Below, piece after piece: positions 42,526 through 56,252 of a stretch of DNA of 64,000 nt. The stretch covers positions 3,563,538 to 3,627,537 of the forward strand of contig OZ037772.1 in assembly GCA_964035545.1 (NCBI GenBank), in the 5' to 3' direction. Positions within the stretch are counted from its first letter, which is position 1. Each line of letters opens with the position of its first letter. The notes beneath the pieces were generated by a model, which worked only from the letters and a program-made list of their open reading frames with translations, was not told where the DNA came from and made no database searches. The position numbers were made by a program, and so were the translations under genes. Origin of the DNA: Bugula neritina (Eukaryota; Animalia; Bryozoa).

Positions 42526-45500
42526 ATGGCTAGTGAAAATACCTATTCTACGGCCTTATCACTACTCCAGTCATCACTTAAAAAAAGTATCGCAGAGGAT
42601 AAAGTTAAACATGATGCTGCAAAAAGATTGAAACTTGAAGAACGAAGAGAAAAATACCATGAAAAAAGTAGGTGTATCTTACACTATTTGATAAAATTCT
42701 ATGAGTTTGTTAGCTTTATTTAGCATCAATCTTTGTCTATGCTAAAGAGTCTCTTGCAGCTATATATATATATATATATAAGCTCCCATCTGTTTGTGGG
42801 TTGCATGTTCAAACAATTATCGTGTTTTATAATATCTTTTTATACAAATATGTCCTAAATTGATTTGGAATTTCTGGTTGCTTGACTATGCTTTCATTGG
42901 GCTCTGAAGTCCGTGGCATTTTGAAACAGCTATTTTAGCTGCCTACATTGTAATAACTGAGCTGAAAAAGTTTGAACTGAAATGAAAGCTAAGGTATATT
43001 TATTTCTGTTAATACTTTATAAATAAAGTGCAGCAAGAGTTTCTTAAAATTTTGCTGTATTTGATTCATTCAACATTATATGTAGATATTGCGTTTTTTT
43101 TTATTAGAATTATCACAAGCTGGTAACACAACGTCAAAAGAATACAGTGATAAGCTAACAAGGGTTGTCTCTAAGCACCTAACAGGTTAATTTTTCACCT
43201 TTTATGTAAAGTGAAACTTGTTTGCTGAATGCATGCAGTTGGTTTACTTTATTAGCTGGATGTTTGAAGCACCTTTTTGTAACGTTTATTTTAGATTTTG
43301 CGAATCAGCAAGTACACTCATTAGACAATAATGCTACCAGTTCCAATACAGTAGATGTGGAAAATGAAAACCAATTGAGTGCGTGTAAGTATGCACACTT
43401 AAGGTAAAATAGAATAGTTAGATGTGGTTTGTTTTTAAACTTGAAAATATGTTTCATGTTTCTTTGCCATCAACTCAACACAGAAAGTATTTGTAATTTG
43501 TAGTTGCCAATATAGCTATTTATATGAACACGAATCAAGTAATAATATTTGCAGTTCAACCCTTGTTTGGTACATATAACTTATTGATTTTAGCTTCAAT
43601 GTGCTGCTAGTATAAACAAACCATTTTCATTTGAATTTCCAAATAGATAAAATTGTTGACAAATTATAACATTTCATTTTGCTAGCTTTTGAGCAGTATA
43701 TGTTCTTATTTAATTTTCTCAGATGTTGAAAGATTGCTGGACCTTGTTGGACAGTACTGTTCTTCCCAGCCACAAAGAACACCTACATATATAGAGGCTA
43801 GCTTAGTTAAATGGGACAAAATTCGATCAATTCTTCATAAGAATACAATTACTGGCATGGAAGCTCGAAAACTCTCTCTTAGTATGTGCTTTCTATAGCG
43901 TCGATTTCAATTAACAGTCTTAACCGTCGTGATTGCCATGTTATAACTATATTTTCTATATTGCTGAATGTAAAAGGTTAGCATTTCTAGCCAAGAACTG
44001 ATTTTTGATTTTAATTTTAGGTGATCGGATTACTCTGCTTCCATCAACTTGCCAAGTCTGCAACCAGCCAATCATTGAGAGAGCTACTTATACCCTCAAG
44101 GTCATCACTAATGATGGTAAATTTTACAAGTTCTAAACTCTAATTTAAAAATATTTTCATTCATTCAGGTCATTGTTGCATTCTCCACCACTTTAGGTGA
44201 TGTGGAATTTTCGGGTTTTTTGCTAATTCACATTTTGACCACACATCTATTTTTTGCTTTACTTCCTGTTATTCTAAAGTAAACTTTAAAATGCATGCAT
44301 GTTTTCATTTTTCAGACTCTTTATATTTAGCTTTCAACATTTTACTATAATCTTTCGGTTTTAGGGCTCTCTGAAACAGCGATAAATGTACCTTATTGTG
44401 AGCTGTGCTCGTGGGCACCTGTTCAGCTGTGTGAAGATTTTCCTAAAATCGGGCTGTGGCCACTAACTCCTGAGGGAAAAGTATTTGTGGAATTCAGTTA
44501 CTTGTTGCATAATAGCATCTTGCAGCACCATTCCCCCTCTCTAAGCATGAAAAGCATGCTTTCTAGTCTAAAATTTATATCAGCATTGGATGGCAAGGTC
44601 AATATTCCTAATTTTTTGCTGCTTTTATTCAAATTTCTTCATTTATTATTTGTCCAACTTTAAAATCTAGTATTCATTTATACACTTATGCTGAATGTTT
44701 ACCTCTGCTAAAATGAATACTGAGTTTCAGTTAATATCACTGTTCTGATTACCCTTATATAGTTTTACTGAAAATCTTATTGATGCAGAAGCCTCCCTTC
44801 TAATAGTGAAAATTGACTAGCTATTTGATGCTCTTTCAAAATTTAATAGTTATGTTGACAGCATAAAATCAATAACTGGGAAAGGCAGCTGTTATACATA
44901 ATTTTGTGAATCTTTTTTCAATGCTTTGTAATAGTCATTTAATCTTAGGTTAGTTATTTAGTTGCTAAAGTTATAATTGAATATCATTATCTACAGATGG
45001 TTATCATTTTCTTTGCTTTTTATTTTTAAATTGGCTGGTTAAGTTATCTAAGGGTCAAGAATTTGACGAATAGCTTTAACAATGTATTGCAACTTAGTAA
45101 ATTTTCAATTTGGCCAAATTTAGTTTCTGGCTGAAAATTAAGTAGGTAGCCTATAATAGCAACTTTTGTTTATTCTTACAGCAAAAGTTCTCTATGTCCC
45201 AGGACACCTTCAACTGCTGTTTCCTGGAATGGAAAAAGGCAGAATCTTTTTTCTTCCATCATGTTGCTCAAACCTTTAATTGTCCCTGCTGCGGAGCTTC
45301 ACCACACGCAGTTCATATTGATGGCAACATGAAGCTTTATAAATATAAAGCAGCTGGAAGGTAAGTTTCTCTTGGGTAGCACAGTTTTTGTTCTGTCTCA
45401 TTTATGTGCATGTAATATTGAATAGGTAGTTGTGTGCTTTACTTATTATTATTATGATTGTTTTATTTTTAGAGTAACAGTTGAAGAGGCAGTGCCGTCG

Positions 45501-48500
45501 CATCTTTTCTTAGATGACGGTGAAGTGAAAAATGCAGTTGAAAAGATTTGTGTTTCGAAAAATGTCAGATAAAGTTTCAAAATAGTATACTAATATGGAT
45601 ACGCTTTCAAATATGCTGGTTTTACTATTTGGTGAAATTTACCAGTTTGATGTTCATAGCACTTATTCTACCTTTTTTATTTGTACCTTTTTAATCTAAG
45701 TAAATAAGTGAGCTATTATGTTATCTGATTTTTAGAAGTACTCAGTTGATGGCCACTGTGGAGAGACTGCGTGGAAAGCAGCAAAGACGTCTTCCGGCAG
45801 TTTCTCAAAAAAAAGTGTGACTGGCTGTATGATGGCCACTTGCCGTCATGCTCTAGTGCTCAAGGCACTGGACATGGATAGGGGGGAAGTTTTCGCTTAC
45901 CCATATATAATGCAGGTGAGTTAATTAATGCTCTCCTAACCTTTATTCATGTGTTTTCAAAATGTGTTGTGACTTTTTGTAAAATTTAACTCTGATCAAA
46001 GTACATTTAAAAATTTTACACGTCAAAGCTTCATTTTTTTAATTATATGTTTGAACAATTTTAGAAACAGTTTTCTGGCGCGAAGTTCATAGCTACTGAC
46101 GTCATGTGCCAGTACTACCCCTGGCTGTCCAAAATGGACGCGCAGCGTGCATCCTCTCAAAAATATTTTTTGAGTGTGATGCACGCTAAAGCCCACACTT
46201 GGACATGTCAGGTACTATGCTTCAGTAAATCTTTTAGTTTTCAGTAGCATAAGTAGAAGCAATGCATTTACATGTAAATGCCAAATTTTTTAGCCTTTGA
46301 ATCTGATGAGTATTTTGCCTTTAGCTGCCTCCATGCAAATTTTGGTTTAAAATATAGAAGCAAACTTTTCATGTTAACTATTTTTTACATGATTGGTTTC
46401 AAGTTGTTTAGGCTTAAATTGAAACATCCCCAGGCCGCAGCTGCAATGTTGTTTCTATTTAAAGACTAGGTGGAGTGGCAGGGTGAAAAAGGGAGTAGGA
46501 CTGAGCACTGGCGAGACCACGGAGCAAACAAACAGCTACATGTCTCGGTGTGGTTTGATAACGAGACATATGACTGCTAATGGTACCCAATTTATATTCT
46601 CTTTGAAACATATACTTGTTAACTACGTGCTGTTTGAATGTATATTAAGTTCATTTGATATATAACCTATTGAAACTGTTTCAAAATGCATTGTTTAAGG
46701 TGTACAAGTACCATTATGCCTTTTTAATGCTTTAAAGTATTGTATTGGTTTTTCTAGGTCGTCGTCAGCAGCTCGAGCATGCTGCTGGCTTCTGGAATTT
46801 CAGAAAAATAAAGAAGATGCCGGAAATGTTGGCAAAAAAGATAAAGCAGGTGTTGTATACAGTTATGGAAAACTTATTTTATTAAAAAAAACCTTGTGTT
46901 CAATTAAGTTTAGTCAACATCTAAAACTAACATTTCTGAAGTATTATAGCTTGTATATATTATTATTTATGCAATCAAACATTTAAAAGTGTCTTATTTA
47001 TATATTTAAAGGGTTTTTCATTCGGAATTTCATTGTAATATTGGAGTAAATAATAGCTTAGCATCATTCTTCCATTTAGTTGCATTATATTATTTTTATT
47101 TTACTGCAGTGGTTGCTAAATCGATTATGGTAATTTATTTAGTATTCTTCATTTTTTAGCTATTTTTCAGACTGCAGCTGTTGATTTTGACCAAAACTAA
47201 AAAATTGTCAATAAATAATCAAGTTTCTTTTTAATCCTTTTCAATTTTCGTGGATAATGTTTTTTTACCTAATTTGGATTTTCGGATGATCATGAAAAAC
47301 CGTCTGAAAATCCATAAGTAGCTAAAGCCTGCAGAATGTATGCATTAACTTATTATTATGGTTTCGTTCTATGCATTAACATTGAAGAAAAGTACATTGG
47401 CATAATGCATGCTTAGTAGTAGTTATTGAAACAAATTGAATTATCGAGTTGAATATTTAAATGTGATGATATTTATGTTTCTTAAATGACTAATTATTAT
47501 TAGATTGAAATGGAACTGCCGAAACGGCATGCCACTATGGTAGAGCTGAAGAAATCTGAAATTCCAGAGGCCAGCAGCATAGAAGAGGTGATGGAGAGGA
47601 TTTGCTCCTCCTCGCCAGGTAAAGCTTTCTTATAGAGTTGGTTAGTTGTTAGTCAGCAAATTGTTAGGTAATCTAATTTGCACACAAATTTGACAGATTA
47701 AAACCCTTTAGATTGCGTATCTAATAGAATATATGTTTATCTATACTGTTCTATCAAGTGGATCAGATTTTCTCCATCATACGTTATGAAAATCAACAAA
47801 TCTTCTTTGTTTATATTTATAATAGCTACTATAGGGATGTTTAAGCAGACCTAATTTGTTTAGCTTCATAAATGTTTGCTTTATCAAATTCAGTTATATT
47901 TCAAGAATACCTCTGCTTAAGATACAGCCTGAAAACTTAAATTTTTTCCAGAGATTGCGGTTTTGTAATCCACAATTTTTTCGAAAAATCAATTGTTTGG
48001 AATTTGAGATCAAATTTTAAATTAAATGTGTTGTGTTGTGGAATGTGTTGTGCTCCTGCCACATTGTTAGACAAGTAAGATTAAATATACATATAATTAA
48101 GATTGTAGAATGTATGACTGTAACGTATTGGAGCTAACAGGTAACTGACATTAAAAATAAATGTAGATGAAAAATTACAGAATATTAGTATGGCAAAAAA
48201 CTGTATATAATGAGTTTAGGCAAATAGACATCAGAATAAGAGTTAACCCAGTATGTAAAACGTGGTATGTCATAAGATGTCTATGTGGTGTAATGATAAG
48301 GCTAGTTCAATACATAGCAGAATAAACGCTAAACTGTATATTTCTATTATTAGATTTGACTGCAGATCAAAGAAAATTGGAAGATTTAGCTTGCACTATA
48401 CAGCGGTTTGATGCAAACATTCTCAAGTTAGCAGGTTGGCAAACTTGTAACTTTTCTAATTTTTAGTTCGGTGTTGTGATAATTTGTTATGGAGGCAACA

Positions 48501-49445
48501 TGTGTATATATCTCATTTTATTTTTTTTACCAAAATAAAAAATAGCATCTAACTGGGAAGTTTTCATCTGAGACCCATCCTATTTTCTGTAGCGAGAAAT
48601 GTTGTCCGTCACATTACTGTACCTATTTTTAGTCAAATTTGCTTTTTTTGCGGTTGCTCAAAACTTTAAATGTTTAGTGGCAACTATCATTCATATGTTT
48701 CATAATTTAGACTCATCAAAGGGGCGTGACAGGTTGCGGAGCAAACGACGTGCGACATATTTGAAGCTTCAAAAGGCTGTTGATGAGTATGTGCAAAATC
48801 ACCCGGACCTGTCTCGTACAGACTTTGACCAAGCCACCTCCATGATCTTTCCATGGACAGGCTCGGAAATCAAGCTCTCTGTATCCCCCAATTTACTGAA
48901 GCTGTTCGATGCATACCATCTCTACAATAGAACAGTGGAAGAATTGGATATATTAGGTGAAGAGCGCGTAAAATTGCTTGAATATGCAGGTATAGTAGTT
49001 GTATATTTCTATTTTCCAAAATCAGTTGTTTTAATTTTTTGCAGTCTGTAATTTCATGTGTAACTCAATTTACGATTCTATCTATTCTTGTGACAAAACT
49101 GTCTTTTTATGTCATCACTATGTCAGTTTTCTGTCAATGTTGCCACCATATATTTCTTGTAGCACGCATGGCAGCATCCTTAAGTGATGGTAACCATAAT
49201 GATGACACCATCTCCACCCAATTTAAACAAGCCTTTCTCAAGTCTTGTTATGCCAACTTCTCTGGTGCTGATCAAGAGGTTGTATCTAAATGTTGGCAAA
49301 TCTTTAGCTTAGATTGTAAAGTTTTTTTTATATTTGTGTATGTTGAAGGATCTCTGACTAAATGTAAATGAAAGTTAATATAATATATAAGAATATTTAA
49401 ATTTTGTTTTACAACAAATTTTATGTGTATATGTGCTGAATTGAT

Positions 49446-49499
<54 letters not shown>

Positions 49500-49814
49500 G
49501 TATATATATGTATATATATGTATATGTTTATACATATATATATATTTAATAGTGCATAAGTACCGCATTCCAGGGATCCTTTAAAAGATAAACTAATAAC
49601 ACATTGCACTATTTGAAACTGTTGTGTGTGTTTTTTAATCTTCAGTAGAAATATAACTATAATATTTTTGGTACCATAATCTATTTCAAAACTTGTATAG
49701 TGGCTAACGTGGGGTGATTAAAAAATACTTCATTTTGTTTTCCAGTGTGAAGAAATTATAGATGATGATGATGACTTGCAGCCGATTTATTCTGACTCAT
49801 CTGACGAAGACTAA
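42526..49814 (+). CDS. KDZ transposase with N-terminal CxC-type cysteine cluster, 17 exons, ~754 aa
   Basis: Exons 42526-42667, 43108-43185, 43295-43384, 43723-43881, 44021-44116, 44365-44597, 45182-45360, 45473-45563, 45736-45915, 46065-46211, 46465-46582, 46758-46849, 47504-47618, 48354-48434, 48711-48989, 49163-49278 and 49746-49814 splice in phase with no stop. Motifs: CQVC..CELC..GLWPLTP, FNCPCC..VHIDGNMKL, TGCMMATCRH..MDRGE, TDVMCQY, MHAKAH.WTCQ, GVGLSTGETTEQTNSYMSR, FWN.RK, FPW, NRTVEE, and an acidic tail. Confidence 0.9.
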
Positions 49815-50471
49815 AGCTTTTTTCTTGAAACCTTTTTTGATAGTTTTTGGATATATTTTTCAAGCCACTATCTATCTGAGTGAGGATATATTTTAACTAG
49901 CTCTCTTCAATAATAATTTTATGTCTAGCTTAAAAATACCTATGATTGTGCTTGCTTGCACACTGTATATGTTCGAGTTTCTTCCAGGTTGTTTTTAGTC
50001 ACATGATGTACTGTCGTTGCTAATGAAACTTGCTTATGAGTAACCAATTATCCTTTTTCTACAATACTTATTGCTGCATTTTAGTAGTTGTTTTTATATT
50101 AAAATAATTTTGAAAATTGTAAAGCTAGTTTTTACTGATGTGTGTGTGTGACTGGCAGAATACACATAATCTGTTATCAAACATGTATTAAATGTTATTA
50201 GCGATTCCAAAGATGAGAAATTGCATACAGTTTTCTAGTTTGTTCTGCCCTGTAATTGTAATCTAAAAAGGAACTTTTTACTCTTATAATATTTTTGTAA
50301 CCATAATATGCTCTAATTCAACATTTGAAGTAATGTTTAACACATCCTATGTTGGCTAGAATTGATTTGCAAGGTAACTTTCACCTTTGTCTTGAAAGAA
50401 TATCAAACTGTTTGGCATACAATTATTTGTTTATTCACAATATATATATATATAATATGAAATATTTAGGT

Positions 50472-53400
50472 TCAGGTTCTTTTGCTGCATCCTTGTCCCT
50501 AAAATACAAGAAATAATAATAATCAACAAGGAATATGCAACTTCAACCAGTTGATATCTTTAAATCACAAATGAACAGTTACCGGTTTACTTAGTTAAGC
50601 TGCAGCATAGTGTAACTAAATGCTACTTTAATTTTAAAAGTGTCTAGTCAACTATTTGATAATGTGAACAGCTGAAGTAGTACACTCACCATAAACTGTT
50701 TGTAAAACACTGTGTGACGCACATTTGTAATTGGCTCCCAGGTTGGAGTCCTAGAATATAAACATCAACAACTTTTTCAAACTGGAAGACCAAAAGCACC
50801 CACCAAACTTCTGAAGTTGAAGAAAAAAAAAATCGGTCTAGATCTGTGACAAGTTACAAAGACATTCCATTGTACCTCCCTCTGTAATTTAAATTTTTGT
50901 CTAACATTTTATGTTATGACATTGCTTACATGCAAGTTCTAATTTCTAGCAAAAAGTAAAAAAAAATGCAGTTTATAAAAAAACATGACCTAATTACACA
51001 ATGCTTCCAAATAAACAGTCTTCTAGTCAAATGAATTTAACCACTAATTTTCAATCTTACGATAACAAATGGCATACTCAAATAAATTGGGTAAGCTATT
51101 TTACATTTTTATACCGAGCTCTATCGTCTGTGTATGCATGCATGTGTTATACTTTGCTAGTGGATCATTATGAAAGTTCAATGCAGAATTATTCATACTC
51201 CATGATCATTCTTGCTGGTCTCAATTCAACTTACCTGTACCCCTTCCATTTAACAAGTGCTTCCCTTCCTTTAACGTTAGTAATATTTTCAATCACCCAA
51301 AGTTTTTTGGTACCTCCTTCAACAAGAAACACATAAAACATTATATTTATATGATGATTTTATAACAGCTTTTTAAACATGGGTAAATAATGCGATTTAT
51401 AAATATGTGACATTTGCAAAGAGTTTCTGAACATTTTGTTAGACAAATTAGTTCATGAAATCTTTTATACGTGTCATGCATATACTCAAAAAGCTGTGCA
51501 AACAATTACTTCCAACTTTAATTTTCTTGATTTACAAAACCTTGTATTATATAGCATTGAGCTAATATTACAATAAATATAAAACTGATGCATCAACCAC
51601 AAATTGTAAAGTATTATAACTACAATATAAATATATGCAAGTATGTAATAAGCTTTGTCTAATTTGGTTACAATTTGTGAGACAATAATTATTTTGATTT
51701 TAAATAAAGTTTGAGGATAATTATCAAAGACGTACGTTTTGTTTTTTGTGAACTCTTCTTTCTAGTAGTGGCTGAGGGCACACTGGTGGAGACAAAGCTG
51801 GTTGAAGGCACACTGGTTGAGGGCACACTGGTTGAGAGACCTATGGTTGAGGGCACACTGGTTGAGAGACCTATGGTTGAGGGCACACTGGTTGAGAGAT
51901 CTATGGTTGAGGGCACACTGGTTGAGAGACCTATGGTTGAGGGCACACTGGTTGAGGGAACACTGGTTGAGGGCACACTGGTTGAGGAAACACTGGTTGA
52001 GGGCACACTGGTTGAGGGAGCACTGGCCGAGGAAACACTGGCTGAAGGAAGACAGGTTGAAAGCACACTGGTGGAGACAAAGCTGGTTGAAGGCACACTG
52101 GTTGAGGGCACACTGGTTGAGAGACCTATGGTTGAGGGCACACTGGTTGAGAGATCTATGGTTGAGGGCACACTGGTTGAGAGACCTATGGTTGAGGGCA
52201 CACTGGTTGAGAGATCTATGGTTGAGGGCACACTGGTTGAGGAAACACTGGTTGAGGGCACACTGGTTGAGGGCACACTGGTTGAGGGAGCACTGGTTGA
52301 GGGAGCACTGGTTGAGGGAACACTGGCCGAGGAAACACTGGTTGAGGGAACTATGGTAACTGGTTTATCATCTTTGTCTAGTTTATTATAGCTTTCCATG
52401 ACTGTCATCTTGTTTGGATCGTAAACTTCCTTTACTAAATACAATAAAGTAAAATTACATTCAAACTCTGCACAAATTTTTTTTAAAAAGTAATAGAAAA
52501 GTAGTTTTACAACTTTTATGGTCTATATATGATAATCAAATATTTGCATGTTTTATATCTGAAACTACATAAAGAAATGTAAATATCTTATGTAAAATGT
52601 ATTTATTGGCCATAGGTTTAGTGAAAAATACGAGTAGAAAGCTTGAGTTGCCACCGTCAATAAATTATAAATAAACATACAAAGTGCTCTATATTACATC
52701 TAGCTCTAAAAGCATTTATGCATCTTACTTGAACTTAAAAGCACTGCTGTCATAGCTTTAGTAAGTTGTCCTAAGAATTCAGATGACACTCCACTGCTTA
52801 TCACTGTGACCTTCTTATTTGAGTTAGGCTTTATCATAAAAGTAACTGTACCAAAGCCAGCTCCAAGAGCGAATGATGACTAAAATATAAAATAGTTTAA
52901 ATTATTTCAACAATAATATGGACAAAAGAACAGCTATGCACTTAGTAATTAATTCTATTTGTTATTATTATAAGTAAAATAACTTATACCGCATCAAATT
53001 ATTGTTTACAGAAAGCAATTTTTACCAAAAATGGTAAATAAGCTACTGGCACAGCGTTTTAGTTATGCATGCATAGTAAAATACCTTTCTCATTTTTTGC
53101 TTAAACTGATATTATATTTAAGCATTACAATATTGCAGAAGTTAAAAGATTTTATTTGATGGCGTCACACATGTATGCAGATCAACTTTGTTTTCATTTT
53201 CCTATAATTTGCTATTATTATAGCATTCTAGAGAACAAAATCGCTTACCATGTTACACATCCTCTGCCTTGTGTAGCCGTTACCTTTTTTATGTTGAGCA
53301 CCATACTCAAACTGTCTAGCCAATGTCTCCTGTTTAGTTTGTAGTGTTAATGATCTCATAGAGCTCCCTAAATATATACACATATATATCCAATTATACA

Positions 53401-53618
53401 TTACTTAAGATGCTTTAAATTAAACTTTTTAAGACATGTATGCAGATATAGCTTCATATGTAAAAAGAACCTGGGTATAATTGTATACCAGACAAAATGA
53501 CTTATCTAAATGCATATACTTTTCATTTGACCTGTGAACGCTGCAGTAAAATCTTTGAAGTCACAACTTTTATAGTAAAATATTTCGTGTGTGAGTGAGT
53601 GTGTGAGTGAGTGAGTGA

Positions 53619-53694
<76 letters not shown>

Positions 53695-55525
53695 CACCAA
53701 TGAAAGCAAAGTAGAACAATTGGAAGCTCTATTACCATAAGTAATAATGTACTCACCACAGTTGGAGCAATTGACTGCATTTATTGGTATAACGTGTTTG
53801 CAGCTGGGGCATTCTCTTTTGGTAACTAAAAAACCAAGATAACAATAAACAAGTTTTAACTGCAGTATGGCCTCATGAAATTTCTGGTGAAATTGGTGCT
53901 AACTATATATAATAACTTACCAGATGATAAATTATACTAAATCCTTTTTAAAGACCTATAAATGACTATAGGATTATGATATAAGATGGTTTTACTTGAA
54001 AATTTCATGTCTATTAATAGCTAGAGTTATAATTTTAAGTATAATATTGCAAAAAAGTTTAATTGCATGCAAGAAACATCGTTTATTTAAAGAGATCATT
54101 TATCTATAATAAACGCTTGCATAATAGCTATTATAGCATTTCTTTTCATTATATAGCACATTGAAAAGTTAAAGTGCTATACCATAATTGTCAGTGAGGA
54201 TTTGAGAGCACAAAAATACTTAGGCTATTTCAAAATTATGTTTTTAATTTCTATTGCAATTAACAAGAAACAGCAAGGAAGTGTATATGAATTATATTTC
54301 ATTCTTGAGGATTTATATAAGAATGCCCAACTATTTTATATAAGTAAATCTACTATCTCATAATTATTTTTAAATTTAGAGCCATAGATGAAATTAAACT
54401 CATATGACACGTAAAACAAGAAACTGTACTGGTTTTGTGGTTAATGCTAAAGTAATTTGTTTTAGCATAACAAATTGTAGACATTCTATACAATCTAGAT
54501 TATGATGCCTGTGCTCACATAAAACGAAAGATTGCTAAACTAATTATGTATAGCAATCCTGTTTACTTACAGAATAGTATATATAATTGACCACAAACAA
54601 CTCAAGACCTATGATCTGGAAAACTATATGCAAACAAAGAAAAAACCTCAGCCCATAACTATTATATTATATTCCATATGTTGTTGTAATCATGCAACTA
54701 TACAACTATTTCAATAGATGATACTTGGTCTACTATATATATGTTTTTTGTATATAAAATATTGTCTTAGCTTAAATTATGTTTTATTGAGAATTTTTTG
54801 CTACTTTAAATAAATTGGAAAAATAAATGAAAAAATTAGCTACAAAAATAAAAGCTATATAGCCAAGTTTTAAAGTATGCTGGATAAAATAGCATTGATT
54901 ACCTAATTAAATTATGAGAACTCAAATTACTTATATAAGTACGAGCCGATTCGATTGCACTTGCAGTTTGCCCTGCGCGTCTGGTATAACATGGCACAAG
55001 TATAATAATGGCACTATGGTAATTTAAGGGCACAAATAGAAAAGTGAGAAAGAATGCACACTGATGTCAAAATTGTTAAACCCCAAACTCAAACCTTCAT
55101 TTCCAAACCTAAACCCCATCCCACCCCAAACCATAACATTGAAAATGTGCCATTATTTGTACCTACTTTGCCATTTGTGCCTTTATTATCAGTATTATCA
55201 TTACCTGTGCCATTTTTACCTGTGTCATTTTTACTGCAAACTGTAAATAGTAGGTATTTGTTGATTGAAGCTCAAAAAGAATTTACTACACTTGAAAATA
55301 ATTATTATGATATAAGCAGCATACATATATACTTGGCTTGTCTAGCATAAATTAATTTAAATTAATCAATCATAATATATAATAATCAAGTTATAAAATA
55401 TCCTTTATTTTATTATACTTACTGCATTTGCTGCATTTTGCAGGAGGCCTTAGGCTGGGTGGTTGCATAAAAGCTTCTGCACACAAATTGCAATGTGCAA
55501 TTTTAATTTTTGTTGAGCTATCCAT
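50472..55525 (-). CDS. Double zinc ribbon + Pro/Ser/Thr-repeat linker + C-terminal chromodomain protein, 8 coding exons, ~436 aa
   Basis: Exons 55525-55423, 53825-53757, 53367-53249, 52879-52729, 52434-51736, 51316-51235, 50750-50690 and 50498-50472 splice in phase. The N-terminus reads CNLC..CSKC..CPSC..CSNC. The C-terminus reads WVIENITNVKGREALVKWKGYRTPTWEPITNV. Confidence 0.85.
51770..52350 (-). repeat. Coding 15-bp tandem repeat encoding (PSTSV)-like pentapeptides, ~38 copies
   Basis: GGTTGAGGGCACACT units on the + strand, inside the 699-bp exon. Confidence 0.9.
53588..53692. repeat. (GTGA)n/(GT)n intronic microsatellite
   Basis: Direct reading. Confidence 0.9.
54985..55235. mobile_element. 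Degenerate MITE-like foldback; a related half-copy lies at ~57205-57295
   Basis: ATGGCAC repeats on the left are mirrored by GTGCCAT repeats on the right, around a CCTAAACCC-type core. Confidence 0.45.
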
Positions 55526-56181
55526 GCGTTTTACTGTGAAATCTAAAACAATATAAATTTGCAATGAACATAGCGTTATATAAAGGTTGCAGGAATACAG
55601 ACTGGCATAATTTGGAATAGAAAAACTAAATAATACTTATATAATATAAGAATAATCATACTGATTATGAATAGATAAAAAGAACCATGATGCTTTAAAA
55701 CTGGTAATTATGTGCAAAATCATACAAAAACATACAACAGTAATATTATTACATAATGTAACCATGCATGATGTATCAAAATAAAGAGTTATTTTTAATT
55801 TCTATAAAACCTCACGCGGTCATACTAATAACTAATAGTAATATGGTAAACAAAAACATAATAAATTGATGATAAATTATTTAAATATCGTGACTAGTTA
55901 TGATTGATTCAAAATATTTAAAATAAAGAATATACTTCAAAAAATTAAATAATTTCCTGATAAATTCTTAGTACCTCAGTATTGAATGCTTCAAGTGTTT
56001 CTAATCAATTACGTATAAGCTATTCCGTTGCTGCTGATCTGGCAAATTTAGCCTAACGCAACATTGAGCCATCTCATTGGTTCAAGCATACAGCAGTGGT
56101 TTAGCTTTCTATTAGCTATAACAAACAAAAAGAGAATAAATTGTTTGCGGGTATATAATAACAAGACTTATGTGAAATATT

Positions 56182-56252
56182 TGCCACTACTGGGAATCGA
56201 ACCCGGGTCCTCAGGCTTGCAAGCAAGTGCGCTACCATTACACCACGGAGGC
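56182..56252 (-). pseudogene. tRNA-derived pseudogene or SINE head (71 nt)
   Basis: GCCTCCGTGGTGTAATGGTAGCGCAC...GGGTTCGATTCCC...GGCA has intact A and B boxes and a T-arm, but the anticodon and acceptor stems pair poorly. Confidence 0.7.

Noticed and set aside
51711-52391. Plus-strand (VEGTL)n and (RAHWL)n ORFs
   Set aside because: They are antisense shadows. Only the minus-strand PST frame has splice sites in phase with the neighbouring exons.
56182-56252. Functional tRNA (Cys or Ala)
   Set aside because: The anticodon and acceptor stems do not pair properly.
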